A stretch of 64,000 nt of DNA, from positions 7,309 to 71,308 of the forward strand of contig CAZSTH010000007.1 of assembly GCA_964609835.1 (NCBI GenBank), written 5' to 3'. Made by a program: the position numbers and the translations under genes. The DNA comes from an uncultured Thermoanaerobaculia bacterium (GTDB lineage: Bacteria; Acidobacteriota; Thermoanaerobaculia; Thermoanaerobaculales; Sulfomarinibacteraceae). This document shows positions 27,589-37,162 of this stretch, piece after piece; the stretch's first letter is position 1; every line of letters starts with the position of its first letter. Under the pieces are notes generated by a model. It was not told the DNA's origin, ran no database searches, and worked only from the letters and a program-made list of their open reading frames with translations.

Positions 27589-28475
27589 GCACTCCCACCG
27601 ACGCCACCCTCGCCCACGAGCACCCGATCGCGCCGTTTTTGCGGATGGACCGGATGCCCCACATCTGGTGCCCCACCTGCGGCATCGGTACCGTCGTCAA
27701 GTGCTTCGCCAGCGCGCTCGAGGAGGCCCAGTCCGACCTCGACAAGGTGTCGATCGTCTCCGGCATCGGCTGCACCGGCCGCGTCGCGGGCTACATGAAC
27801 CTCGATGCATTTCACACCACCCACGGCCGCGCCATTCCATTCGCCACCGGGCTCAAGCTTGGCCGGCCGGAGCTGGAGGTGGTGGTCTTCTCCGGCGACG
27901 GCGACCTCACCGGCATCGGCGGCAACCACTTCATTCATGCCGCCCGCCGCAACATGGACCTGCTGGTGATCCTGGTCAACAACTTCATCTACGGCATGAC
28001 CGGCGGCCAGAACGCGCCCACCACACCGGAGACCGCGCGCTCCTCCACCATGCCCTTCGGCAACTTCGAGCGGCCGTTCAACCTGCCGCACCTGGCGGCG
28101 AGCTGCGGCGCCTCGTTCGTCGCGCGCTGGACCTGCCTCCACATCCGCCGCCTCACCAAGTCGATCCGCACCGCCCTCGGCCGCAAGGGCTTCCGCTTCA
28201 TCGAGGTGATCGCACCGTGCTCGACACTGTACTCGCGGCTCAACCGGCTGGGGAGCGGGCTCGATTTGATCAAGTTCTACCACGACAACTCGGAGATCCG
28301 GCACGGGGCGGACACCCGCGAGCTCGACATCGGCTTCCAGGACCGCTTCGTGTGCGGGAACTTCGTGGACGAGGAGCGGCCGACGTTCCTCGACATGATG
28401 CACGCGCACTACTCGAAGATCCTCGGCGACCGTTACGCGCCGATGTCCGAGGAAGGGGGGTGGCTCCATGAGTAA
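27585..28475 (+). CDS. 2-oxoacid:ferredoxin oxidoreductase beta subunit
   Basis: HIWCPTCGIG, SGIGCTGR and SGDGD...NNFIYGMTGGQ. Confidence 0.92.
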   Translation: MSTPTDATLAHEHPIAPFLRMDRMPHIWCPTCGIGTVVKCFASALEEAQSDLDKVSIVSGIGCTGRVAGYMNLDAFHTTHGRAIPFATGLKLGRPELEVVVFSGDGDLTGIGGNHFIHAARRNMDLLVILVNNFIYGMTGGQNAPTTPETARSSTMPFGNFERPFNLPHLAASCGASFVARWTCLHIRRLTKSIRTALGRKGFRFIEVIAPCSTLYSRLNRLGSGLDLIKFYHDNSEIRHGADTRELDIGFQDRFVCGNFVDEERPTFLDMMHAHYSKILGDRYAPMSEEGGWLHE

Positions 28476-29061
28476 GGCGACTCGTACCGAGATCCGGATC
28501 ACCGGCTTCGGCGGCCAGGGAGTGGTGCTGGCCGGCCACATCATCGGCCATGCCTGTGCCGTCAATGGCGGCATGCACGCGACCATGATCCAGAGCTTCG
28601 GGCCCGAGGCTCGGGGCTCGGCCTGCTCGACCACGCTGGCGGTCTCCGACAGCGAGGTCCTCTACCCCTACATCGGCCGCCCGGACATCTTCGTCGTGAT
28701 GTCGGCCGAGGGCTACGAGAAGTACCGCGACGAGCTCACGGAAGACGGCATCCTGGTCTACGAGAGGGACCTGGTGGCGATCCAGCCCAAACAGGGCCAG
28801 CGGGCGTACGGGGTGTCATCGACCCGGATCGCGGAGGAACTCGGGCGCGCCATCGTCCAGAACATCGTCATGCTCGGCTTCTTCGCCGCCGCCACCCGGA
28901 TAGTGCCGATCGAGACCATGCGGCAGGCGGTGGAGGAGTCGGTGCCGAAGGGCACCGAGGAGCTCAACCTGCGGGCCTTCGATGCCGGCTGCGCGGCCTT
29001 CCAGGAGAGCTACGGCGCCGGAGCGAAGCAGCCGGACGAGGCGACGCCGGTGGGGAGCTGA
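28468..29061 (+). CDS. 2-oxoacid:ferredoxin oxidoreductase gamma subunit
   Basis: GFGGQGVV, SFGPEARGSAC and NIVMLG. Confidence 0.92.
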   Translation: MSKATRTEIRITGFGGQGVVLAGHIIGHACAVNGGMHATMIQSFGPEARGSACSTTLAVSDSEVLYPYIGRPDIFVVMSAEGYEKYRDELTEDGILVYERDLVAIQPKQGQRAYGVSSTRIAEELGRAIVQNIVMLGFFAAATRIVPIETMRQAVEESVPKGTEELNLRAFDAGCAAFQESYGAGAKQPDEATPVGS

Positions 29062-29062
29062 G

Positions 29063-31078
29063 ATGTCCAGGGTCGGCGTCTTCGTCTGTCACTGCGGTGA
29101 GAACATCGCTCGTACCGTCCAGATCAAGAATGTGGTCGACTTCGCCGGCAACGTGCCCGGTGCGGCCGTGACCCTGGACTACCCGTACCTGTGCTCGGCG
29201 CCCGGTCAGAAGATGGTGATCGACGCCATCAGGGACCACGATCTCGACCGTGTAGTGGTGGCGGCGTGCTCGCCGCAGCTGCACGAGCCGACCTTCCGTG
29301 CCGCCGCGGCGCAGGCGGGCCTGAACCCCTACCTCGTGGAGATCGCCAACATCCGCGAGCACTGCTCCTGGGTCCACCACGACTCGGAGGCGGCGAGCCG
29401 CAAGGCCTGCCAGATCGTGACCGCCGCGGTCGAGCGGGTCAAACGGGCACAGCCGCTGGATCCGGTGGAGGTGCCGGTCACCAAGCGCGCGCTGGTCGTC
29501 GGCGGCGGCGTTGCGGGCGTGCGCGCCGCGCTCGACATGGCCAACGCCGGCCAGGAGGTGGTGCTGGTGGAGCGCGAGCCGTCGCTCGGCGGCAACATGG
29601 CACGTCTGTCCGAGACCTTCCCGACCCTCGACTGCTCGCAGTGCATCCTGACGCCGCTGATGGTGCAGGTCTCGCGCCACCCCCGGATCGAGCTTCTGAC
29701 CTACTCGGAGGTCGAGAGCGTGTCGGGCTATGTCGGCAACTTCAAGGTCGCCATCCGCAAGAAGCCGCGCTTCGTGATCGCCGAGAACTGCACCGCGTGC
29801 GGCGACTGTGCCGAGGTCTGTCCGCAGCCGGGCGGCAACGAGTTCGATATGGGGCTGTCCACCCGCAAGGCGGTCTACATTCCGTTCCCGCAGGCGGTTC
29901 CATCCACCTACACCCTCGATGCCGATCGTTGCCTCAATGCCAACCTCGACAGCCCGACCGGTTTCCGGGTGCTGGCCTGCAACAAGTGTGAGCAGGTCTG
30001 CAAGCCGCAGTGCATCGACCTCGACATGCAGCCGGAGGTGATCGAACGCGAGGTCGGAGCGATCGTGGTCGCCACCGGCTACGACCTGCTGCTCGGCGAG
30101 CAGGCGGCGGAGAGCGGCTACGGCACCCACGTCGACGTCATGGAAGGCCTCGAGTTCGAGCGCATGCTGTCGGCTTCGGGGCCCACCGGCGGCGAGGTCC
30201 GGCGCCCGTCGGACGGGCAGACGCCAAAGGACGTCGTCTTCATCCAGTGCGTCGGCTCGCGCAACCCCGAGCACGGCGTGCCCTACTGCTCACGGGTCTG
30301 CTGCATGTACACCGCGAAGCACGCCCTGCTGCTGCGCCACAAGGTGCCGGACTCGAGGGCCTATATCTTCTACATGGACATCCGCGCCGGCGGCAAGGGC
30401 TACGAGGAGTTCGTCCACCGCGCAATGGAGGAGGAGCGGGTGATGTACATCCGCGGCCGCCCGAGCCGGATCATCGAGGAGGACGGCAAGCTCAAGGTCC
30501 TCGGAGTCGACACCCTGTCCGGTCGCCAGATCGAGATCGACGCCGACATGGTGGTGATCGCCGCCGCCATGAAGCCGTCCGACAGCGTCGACATCGCCGG
30601 TAAGCTGCGCATCGCCACCGACACCCACGGTTTCTTCAAGGAGGCCCACCCCAAGCTGCGGCCGGTGGAGACCCTGACCGCGGGCATCTTCCTCGCCGGC
30701 ACCGCCCAGGCGCCCAAGGACATCCCAGACACGGTGTCGCAGGCTTCGGCTGCGGCGGCCAAGGGCCTCGAGCTCCTGTCGCAGGAGGTGCTCGAGCGCG
30801 ACCCGTCCACCGCCCACGTCGACGAGCGGCGCTGCGCGGGCTGCTTCGAGTGCCTTGCCGTGTGCCCGTACGGCGCCATCGAGCGCAAAGAGCTGCTCGA
30901 CGCGCAGGGCGGGCTGCAGCGTCTCGTGGCCGCGCCCAACCCCGCGATGTGCGAGGGCTGCGGGCTGTGCACGGTGACCTGCCGCGGCGGGTACATCGAT
31001 CTCGCCGGTTACACCGATGACCAGGTGTTCGCCCAGCTCGGCGCGCTGGGGCCGATGCCGGAGGAGGTCGGACGATGA
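29063..31078 (+). CDS. hdrA: Heterodisulfide reductase subunit A (HdrA-like FAD/Fe-S protein)
   Basis: GVFVCHCG, ACSPQLHEPTF, NIREHCSWVH, GGGVAG, TFPTLDCSQC, FIQCVGSR, YCSRVCCMY and EAHPKLRP; ferredoxin motifs. Confidence 0.93.
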   Translation: MSRVGVFVCHCGENIARTVQIKNVVDFAGNVPGAAVTLDYPYLCSAPGQKMVIDAIRDHDLDRVVVAACSPQLHEPTFRAAAAQAGLNPYLVEIANIREHCSWVHHDSEAASRKACQIVTAAVERVKRAQPLDPVEVPVTKRALVVGGGVAGVRAALDMANAGQEVVLVEREPSLGGNMARLSETFPTLDCSQCILTPLMVQVSRHPRIELLTYSEVESVSGYVGNFKVAIRKKPRFVIAENCTACGDCAEVCPQPGGNEFDMGLSTRKAVYIPFPQAVPSTYTLDADRCLNANLDSPTGFRVLACNKCEQVCKPQCIDLDMQPEVIEREVGAIVVATGYDLLLGEQAAESGYGTHVDVMEGLEFERMLSASGPTGGEVRRPSDGQTPKDVVFIQCVGSRNPEHGVPYCSRVCCMYTAKHALLLRHKVPDSRAYIFYMDIRAGGKGYEEFVHRAMEEERVMYIRGRPSRIIEEDGKLKVLGVDTLSGRQIEIDADMVVIAAAMKPSDSVDIAGKLRIATDTHGFFKEAHPKLRPVETLTAGIFLAGTAQAPKDIPDTVSQASAAAAKGLELLSQEVLERDPSTAHVDERRCAGCFECLAVCPYGAIERKELLDAQGGLQRLVAAPNPAMCEGCGLCTVTCRGGYIDLAGYTDDQVFAQLGALGPMPEEVGR

Positions 31079-32487
31079 CCGAAGCACACACCACCGCGAC
31101 CGGCAGCCGGGTGGCAGCGGCGCCGGACGACTGGCAGCCGCAGATCGTCGCCCTGGTCTGCAACTGGTGCAGCTACGCCGGCGCCGACATGGCTGGGACC
31201 ACCCGTCTGGAGTACCCGGCCAACGTGCGCATGGTGCGCTTCCCCTGCACCGGGCGCATGAGCCCGCTGATGATCCTGCGCGCCTTCGAGCAGGGCGCCG
31301 ATGGCGTCCTGGTGTCGGGCTGCCACCCGGGCGACTGCCACTACGTGCAGGGCAACCTGGTGGCCCGCCGGCGATTCACGGTCTTCCGCTCGCTGATGGA
31401 CTTCATCGGTATCGACCTCAACCGTCTCCACTTCGCGTGGGTTTCGGCCGCCGAAGGGCACAAGTGGGCCAGGGTGGTGGCCGAGGTCACCGAGAAGGTG
31501 CAGGCGGCGGGTCCGCTGCCGGCCTATAGCGACGGCGACGACTCGCCAGGGGTGGAGCTTCCGGCCGCTGAAGGCGGTGGTCCCCGCGGGTACCGGGCGG
31601 ACGAGATCGAGGCGCTCCAGGCGAACCTCCGGCGCGCCGCGGCCGACCTTTTGTCGGGTGGCCGCGTCGGGGCGGTCCTTGGTTACGGCGCGGGCACGCT
31701 CCCCGGGGCGACCGTGCCGACCACGGTCACCACCGGCGCCGGCTGCGAGGCGCTGGTGTGGGGCGACGCATGCCGCAACAACCTCAGCGCCTGGCTCACG
31801 AAGGCCCTCGCCGCCCACGAACGGGTCGGGCTGGTGGTCAAGACCTGCGATCTCGGCGCCGTCTCGGGCCTGGTCCGTGAGAGTCAGGTGGCGAGGGAGC
31901 GGTTGCGGCTGATCGGGGTCCAGTGCCCCGGGGTGCGCGGCGGCGGCGGGCTCGCCGCCAAGTGCCTCGCGTGCTCGGGCGAGCCGCACCCGGTGTGCGA
32001 CCTGGTGGTGACGGTGGACGGGGTCCGCGAGAGCTGTCTCGATCCGTCGGGTGCGGAGCTCGACATGCCGGACGCCCGCGACGAGCAGATCGCCTACCTC
32101 GAGTCGCTGCCGCACGGTGACCGTTGGGCCTTCTGGCAGCGGCAGTTCGCGCGCTGCCTGCGCTGCTACGGGTGCCGCGCCGCCTGCCCTCTCTGCTACT
32201 GCTCGTCGTGCGTCGCAGAGAAGCACCGGCCGCAATGGGTGCCGACATCCATCGACGGCCGCGGCAACTCGAGCTGGAACATCATCCGCGCCGTCCACCT
32301 CGCGGGCCGTTGCTCGGGTTGCGATGAATGCGCACGCGTTTGCCCGGCCGGAATCCGCCTCGACCTCATCAACCGCAAGCTGGCGCTCGAGGTCGAACGG
32401 CGGTACGGCAGCGCCGGGCTGGATCCGGAGGAGAAGAGTGCGCTGGTGGACTTCCGGATGGAGGATGACGAGGAGTTCATCCTGTGA
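31075..32487 (+). CDS. MvhD/FlxD [2Fe-2S] domain fused to an FlxC-like [4Fe-4S] protein
   Basis: CNWCSYAGAD, PCTGR, GCHPGDCHY and WVSAAEG; C-terminal CLRCYGCRAACPLCYC and RCSGCDECARVCP. Confidence 0.88.
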   Translation: MTEAHTTATGSRVAAAPDDWQPQIVALVCNWCSYAGADMAGTTRLEYPANVRMVRFPCTGRMSPLMILRAFEQGADGVLVSGCHPGDCHYVQGNLVARRRFTVFRSLMDFIGIDLNRLHFAWVSAAEGHKWARVVAEVTEKVQAAGPLPAYSDGDDSPGVELPAAEGGGPRGYRADEIEALQANLRRAAADLLSGGRVGAVLGYGAGTLPGATVPTTVTTGAGCEALVWGDACRNNLSAWLTKALAAHERVGLVVKTCDLGAVSGLVRESQVARERLRLIGVQCPGVRGGGGLAAKCLACSGEPHPVCDLVVTVDGVRESCLDPSGAELDMPDARDEQIAYLESLPHGDRWAFWQRQFARCLRCYGCRAACPLCYCSSCVAEKHRPQWVPTSIDGRGNSSWNIIRAVHLAGRCSGCDECARVCPAGIRLDLINRKLALEVERRYGSAGLDPEEKSALVDFRMEDDEEFIL

Positions 32488-32491
32488 GGAG

Positions 32492-33559
32492 ATGGTGATG
32501 AAGCAGTGGACGATCACCGACGAGCAGCTCCGCGGTTGGCTGCAGGACCTCGTCGACAGTGACCGCTCGGTGGTGGCGCCGGTGGAAGAGGACGGGATTC
32601 TGCTCTTTCGGCCACTCACCGCGGCCGACCGCGCGGTGCTCGGACCCTCGGGCAAGACCGCCTGGTCGCCCAAGGAGTTTCTCTTCCCGCGCACCGAGTC
32701 GCTGTACGGCTACCGCTTCTCGGGCGGCACCGTGCAGCTGCAGCCGGCGACGGTCGCTGACGCCGAGCAAGTGCTGTTCGGTGTCCGCGCCTGCGACGCC
32801 GCCGGGCTGGTTCGGCTCGACGACATCTTCCTTTCCGGCACCAGGGACCCGCTGTATGCGGCGCGCCGCGCCAACACCGTCGTGGTGTCGACCGCCTGCG
32901 GCGCCGCCGACCCCGAGTGCTTCTGCACCGCGGTCGGGGGCTCGCCGGTGGGGGAGGAGGGGGTCGACGTGCAGCTGGTGCCGGTGGACGGCGGCTGGCT
33001 GCTGCGGCCCCTGACCGACCGGGGAGCCGAGCTCGCCGGTGCCGGCGGGGACGGCTGGCAGGCTGCGGCCGGTGACGCCGACGAGCAGGTCAAGGTGATC
33101 GGCGAACGGGTGGCCGGTGAGATCGAGCGCAGTCCGATCAAGGCCGAGTGGTCGGAGATCCTGGAGGCGGGTTTCGAGCACGGGGCTTGGGAACGGTTGA
33201 CCCAGAACTGCCTGGGCTGCAGCATCTGTGCCTCGGTCTGCCCGTCGTGCTCGTGCTTCGACATGAACCACGAAGCCAACGCCTGGGGCGGCACGCAGAA
33301 CCGGTCGTGGGATGCCTGCACCTTCGCCAACTTCACCGTCCACGCGTCCGGCCACAACCCCCGCTCGACCCAGCCCGCGCGCTACCGGCAGCGCGTGCTC
33401 CACAAGTTCGCGTTTCGCGACAACCAGGAGGAACCGTTCAGGTGCGTCGGCTGCGGGCGGTGCGTCGCCATGTGCCCGGCCGGTCTCGACATCGTGAACA
33501 CCGTGGCGGCTGCGGTCGAAGCCATCCGTGAGGAGAATTCAGATGCAGCAGCTCGCTGA
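32492..33559 (+). CDS. FlxB/AsrA-like [4Fe-4S] protein
   Basis: SPKEFLFP, FGVRACD, CFC, CLGCSICASVCPSCSCF and CVGCGRCVAMCP. Confidence 0.85.
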   Translation: MVMKQWTITDEQLRGWLQDLVDSDRSVVAPVEEDGILLFRPLTAADRAVLGPSGKTAWSPKEFLFPRTESLYGYRFSGGTVQLQPATVADAEQVLFGVRACDAAGLVRLDDIFLSGTRDPLYAARRANTVVVSTACGAADPECFCTAVGGSPVGEEGVDVQLVPVDGGWLLRPLTDRGAELAGAGGDGWQAAAGDADEQVKVIGERVAGEIERSPIKAEWSEILEAGFEHGAWERLTQNCLGCSICASVCPSCSCFDMNHEANAWGGTQNRSWDACTFANFTVHASGHNPRSTQPARYRQRVLHKFAFRDNQEEPFRCVGCGRCVAMCPAGLDIVNTVAAAVEAIREENSDAAAR

Positions 33560-34415
33560 GCCGCTCGCCAACCCATACCGGCCGAGCCTGATGCGGATCG
33601 CGGGCTTCTCGGACGAGACCCCCGACGTTCGCACCCTGCGGCTGGAGTTCGCGGACCCGTCAGAGGCCGAGGCCTTCGCCGGCTGGGAGCCGGGGCAATT
33701 CGGACAGTTCACGGTCTTCGGCGCCGGTGAGTCGGTGTTCGCGATCTCCAACCGCCCGTGGTACGGCAACGGCGACGGCTTACCGGTGATCGAGTGCACC
33801 TTCCGCCAGGTGGGTAAGGTCACGACCGCCCTGCGGGCGATGTCGAGGGGCCAGGTAGTGGGCTTCCGGGGGCCCTACGGAAACCACTTCCCGCTCGACG
33901 ACTGGCGGGGCAAGCACATCGCCTTCATCGGGGGTGGAATCGGCATGGCCGCGCTGCGCTCGGCCATGCTCGAGGTGCTCCACCGCAGACAGGAATTCGG
34001 CGACGTGCTGATCCTGAATGGTGCTCGCTCGGTAGGAGACATGGTCTACAAGGGCGAGATGGCGGAGTGGGAGGCCACCGCCGGCGTCACCGTCGTGCGC
34101 ACCGTCGATCCCGGCGGCGAGAGCGATGATTGGGACGGCAAGGTCGGGCTGCTGCCCAAGGTCTTCGAGGAGCTCGGCCTCGCGGCGGACAACCGTGTCG
34201 TCGTCGCCTGCGGGCCACCGGTGATGCTCCACTTCCTGTTCTTGAGCCTCGGCAGCCTCGACTACCAGCCGGAGCAGGTGGTAACCACCCTCGAGAACAA
34301 GATGAAGTGCGGCATCGGCCACTGCGGCCGCTGCTACATCGGCCCGTTCTCGGTGTGCCGGGACGGGCCGGTCGTGACCTGGGCCGAGTTGAACCGACTT
34401 CCGAAGGACTACTGA
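33543..34415 (+). CDS. FlxA/AsrB-like FAD/NAD(P)-binding [2Fe-2S] subunit
   Basis: PGQF, RGPYGN, GGGIGMA, CGPPVM and MKCGIGHCGRC...VCRDGPV. Confidence 0.88.
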   Translation: MQQLAEPLANPYRPSLMRIAGFSDETPDVRTLRLEFADPSEAEAFAGWEPGQFGQFTVFGAGESVFAISNRPWYGNGDGLPVIECTFRQVGKVTTALRAMSRGQVVGFRGPYGNHFPLDDWRGKHIAFIGGGIGMAALRSAMLEVLHRRQEFGDVLILNGARSVGDMVYKGEMAEWEATAGVTVVRTVDPGGESDDWDGKVGLLPKVFEELGLAADNRVVVACGPPVMLHFLFLSLGSLDYQPEQVVTTLENKMKCGIGHCGRCYIGPFSVCRDGPVVTWAELNRLPKDY

Positions 34416-34440
34416 TGAAGCGCCAGATCGGAGTGCAGCC

Positions 34441-35619
34441 ATGAGTACCCGAGTCCGACCCGACTGGGACATCCGGGACGCGATCCTCGACATGGGCGGC
34501 ACCGACGCCTACAAGTGCTACCAGTGCGGCAAGTGCATGGCCATGTGTCCCTGGACTCAGCTCGAGAGCGTGCAGTTTCCGGTCTACCAGACGCCGCAGC
34601 TGGTGAAGTTCGGCGCCATCATGTCCTCGGAGGACACCCAGGAGATCGAGCGCGAGGTCGACCTCGTCTACCGCTGCGTCGGCTGCGAGTCGTGCACCAC
34701 CTGGTGCCCTCACGGGGTCTCGATGCCCAACATCATGCGCGGCATCCGCCGCATCCTGGTGGAGTTCGGCTCCTACCCTTCGGAGCTTTCGGAGTCGGTG
34801 TCGAGGATCCACAGCTCGGGCAACCCCTTCGGGGAGCCCCGCGAGAAGCGTGGCGCGTGGGCCGAGGAGCTCGAGGTGCAGGCCTATGAGCCCGTCATGG
34901 ACTACCTCTTTACGCCGTGCTGCGTGCCGTCGTACGACCCGAGGGCGGTCAAGGTGGCGCGGGCGACGGTGGACGTGCTGCGCACCGCCGGCGTGACCTT
35001 CGGCGTGCTCGGCGACCGCGAAGCGTGCTGCGGCGAGGCGATCCGCCGCGCCGGCGCCGAGGAGGTCTTCCAGGAGGTCGCCGCCGCCAACATTGCTGCC
35101 TTCTCCGAGGCCGGGGTTCGCAGGACCGTTGTTGCCTCACCCCACTGCCTCCGCACCTTCGACCGCGACTACCCCGAGCTCGAGGCCGATTTCGCCTCGC
35201 TCCACAGCACCCAGCTCTTCGCGAGGCTGATCGAGCAGCAGCGGCTGCGGCCGTCGAAGGAGCTCGGCAAGAAGGTTGTCTACCACGACCCGTGCGCGCT
35301 CGGTCGCGGCTGCGGGGTCTACGACGAGCCGCGCGCGGTGCTCGAGAGCATTCCCGGTCTCGAGCTGGTGGAGATCCCCAACTACAATCGCGAGTACAGC
35401 ATCTGTTGCGGCGGCGGCTCGGGTGGGATCTGGATGGAGCGCCCCAAGGGCGAGCGGCTGTCGGATTTTCGGGTCCAGCAGGCCGCGGCCACCGGCGCCG
35501 AGGTGCTGGCGGTCGCCTGCCCCTACTGCCTGCAGATGTTCGAGGACTCGGTGGGCACCATGGGGCTCGACCTCGAGGTCAGGGACGTCGCCGAGCTGCT
35601 GGCGGAGTCGCTGGAGTAG
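34441..35619 (+). CDS. HdrD-like (HdrC-HdrB-type fusion) Fe-S/CCG-domain protein
   Basis: CYQCGKCMAMCP and CVGCESCTTWCP; CCG domains ACCG...SPHC and YHDPC...CCGGG...ACPYC. Confidence 0.85.
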   Translation: MSTRVRPDWDIRDAILDMGGTDAYKCYQCGKCMAMCPWTQLESVQFPVYQTPQLVKFGAIMSSEDTQEIEREVDLVYRCVGCESCTTWCPHGVSMPNIMRGIRRILVEFGSYPSELSESVSRIHSSGNPFGEPREKRGAWAEELEVQAYEPVMDYLFTPCCVPSYDPRAVKVARATVDVLRTAGVTFGVLGDREACCGEAIRRAGAEEVFQEVAAANIAAFSEAGVRRTVVASPHCLRTFDRDYPELEADFASLHSTQLFARLIEQQRLRPSKELGKKVVYHDPCALGRGCGVYDEPRAVLESIPGLELVEIPNYNREYSICCGGGSGGIWMERPKGERLSDFRVQQAAATGAEVLAVACPYCLQMFEDSVGTMGLDLEVRDVAELLAESLE

Positions 35620-35672
35620 TCGGTCCTTTCAACAGGTGGCGGCCCGTCCGGCGAGCCGCGGCGTCGGGGTGC

Positions 35673-36869
35673 TCACGTGCAGGCGAACCACGGACGGATC
35701 CAGTGGCCGCGGCGCTGGTAGCTGTCGCCACCGCCGTAGACCAGAGCTCCCCACCGGTCACCCGAAAGGCCGAGGTAGAGGTCCAGCCCCTTCAGGGAGT
35801 CGCGGGAGACGGTCTCGGCGGATTTCATCTCGACCGGAATTCGACGGCCGCCAGCATCGACCAGCAGGTCGATCTCCCTGCCGTTGGAGTCTCGCCAGAA
35901 GTAGAGGGGCGGCCGTTGGCCGTGGTGTAGGTAGAGCTTGTGGAACTCGCTGACCACGAAGGTCTCGAAGATCGCGCCGCGGAGCGGGTGATTTCGAAGG
36001 TCATCGGGGGTGCGGATGCCCAGCAGGCGGCACAGCAGGCCGGTGTCGGTGAAGTACAGCTTCGGGCTCTTGACCAGGCGGCGGGAAAAGTTCTCGAAGT
36101 GCGGCGAGAGCGTGACCACGACGTAGCTCGCCTGCAGGATCGAGATCCACCGCCGCACCGTGGTCTGATCGATGCCGGCGTCGGCGCCGAGCGAGGATCG
36201 ATTGACCAGCTGTCCCGAGCGGCCCGCGCAGAGTCCCAGAAAGCGCAGGAACGCATCCAGATCGCCGATGTTCGAGATCGTGCGGACGTCGCGTTCGACA
36301 TAGGTCCTGAGGTAGCCGTCCAGCCAGGTGGCGGCCTCGAGCTTGCGGTCGTAGATCGGAGGAAACCCGCCGGTGAACAGCATTTCGTCGAGAAGCGCGC
36401 CGCCGTGCTCGGGGTCCTGGAATCGAGCGGCCTCGAAGTCTGCCGGCGACAGGGCGCGACGACCATCGAGCTCGGCCATCGAGAACGGCAGCAACTCCAG
36501 GATCGCAGCGCGCCCGGCAAGCGACTGGCCGATGCTCTTCGACAGCAGGAAGTGCTGAGACCCGGTCAGTATGAGCGGTCCGCCGCGCCGCTCGTCGATG
36601 AAGCCCTGAATGGCAGAGAACAGGTCGGGTGCGCGCTGGACCTCGTCGAGGATGGCTCCCCGCGACCCCTCGAGTCGGCGCAGGAAACCTCGCGGGTCCT
36701 CGATGGCCTCCTCTCGCGTCTGGAGGTCTTCCAGCGAGAGATAGGTGAAATCACCAAAGGTCGATCTCGCGAGCGTCGTCTTTCCGGACTGCCGAGGGCC
36801 GGTCAGAAAGACCACCGGATAGTCCTCGGCCAACCGCTGGAGGCGGGGAGCGAGCGTCCTGGAAATCAC
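35673..36869 (-). CDS. AAA+ ATPase with DUF4143 domain
   Basis: GPRQSGKTTL, ILDEVQRAPDL, LTGS, KSPKLYFTDTGL and YFWRDSNGREIDLL...VEMK. Confidence 0.9.
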   Translation of the reverse strand: MISRTLAPRLQRLAEDYPVVFLTGPRQSGKTTLARSTFGDFTYLSLEDLQTREEAIEDPRGFLRRLEGSRGAILDEVQRAPDLFSAIQGFIDERRGGPLILTGSQHFLLSKSIGQSLAGRAAILELLPFSMAELDGRRALSPADFEAARFQDPEHGGALLDEMLFTGGFPPIYDRKLEAATWLDGYLRTYVERDVRTISNIGDLDAFLRFLGLCAGRSGQLVNRSSLGADAGIDQTTVRRWISILQASYVVVTLSPHFENFSRRLVKSPKLYFTDTGLLCRLLGIRTPDDLRNHPLRGAIFETFVVSEFHKLYLHHGQRPPLYFWRDSNGREIDLLVDAGGRRIPVEMKSAETVSRDSLKGLDLYLGLSGDRWGALVYGGGDSYQRRGHWIRPWFACT

Positions 36870-36901
36870 CGTCCCAGGGTACTCCGATGGACTGTGTATG
36901 T

Positions 36902-36926
36902 AAATTGAGGATTGAATCCTCAATTT
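36902..36926. promoter_or_regulatory. AT-rich palindrome upstream of the AAA+/DUF4143 gene (putative operator)
   Basis: AAATTGAGGAT-TGA-ATCCTCAATTT. Confidence 0.5.
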
Positions 36927-37162
36927 GGATGAATCGACGATCGTGTGACGATGAGCTGCCCGCCCACGCGGACCCGCTCGCACCGTGAGAGAGCCGCTGT
37001 TGTCGGCTCCCCGGAACCATCCCCAAGCTCGTGGTCCCTGCTAACCTCCGAGGGCGGGAGCAGGAGTTGTTCGTCCTATTCGCGATCCGAGGTGCCACAT
37101 GCTGCGTCTACTCGAGGACCTCGCCGTAGACTCGCGAAGAGCGCACCGGCACCGGCGGCTCG

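Noticed and set aside
29063..35619. Possible selenocysteine recoding in the Hdr/Mvh-like genes
   Set aside because: The reading frames are intact with Cys codons; no in-frame TGA read-through is needed.
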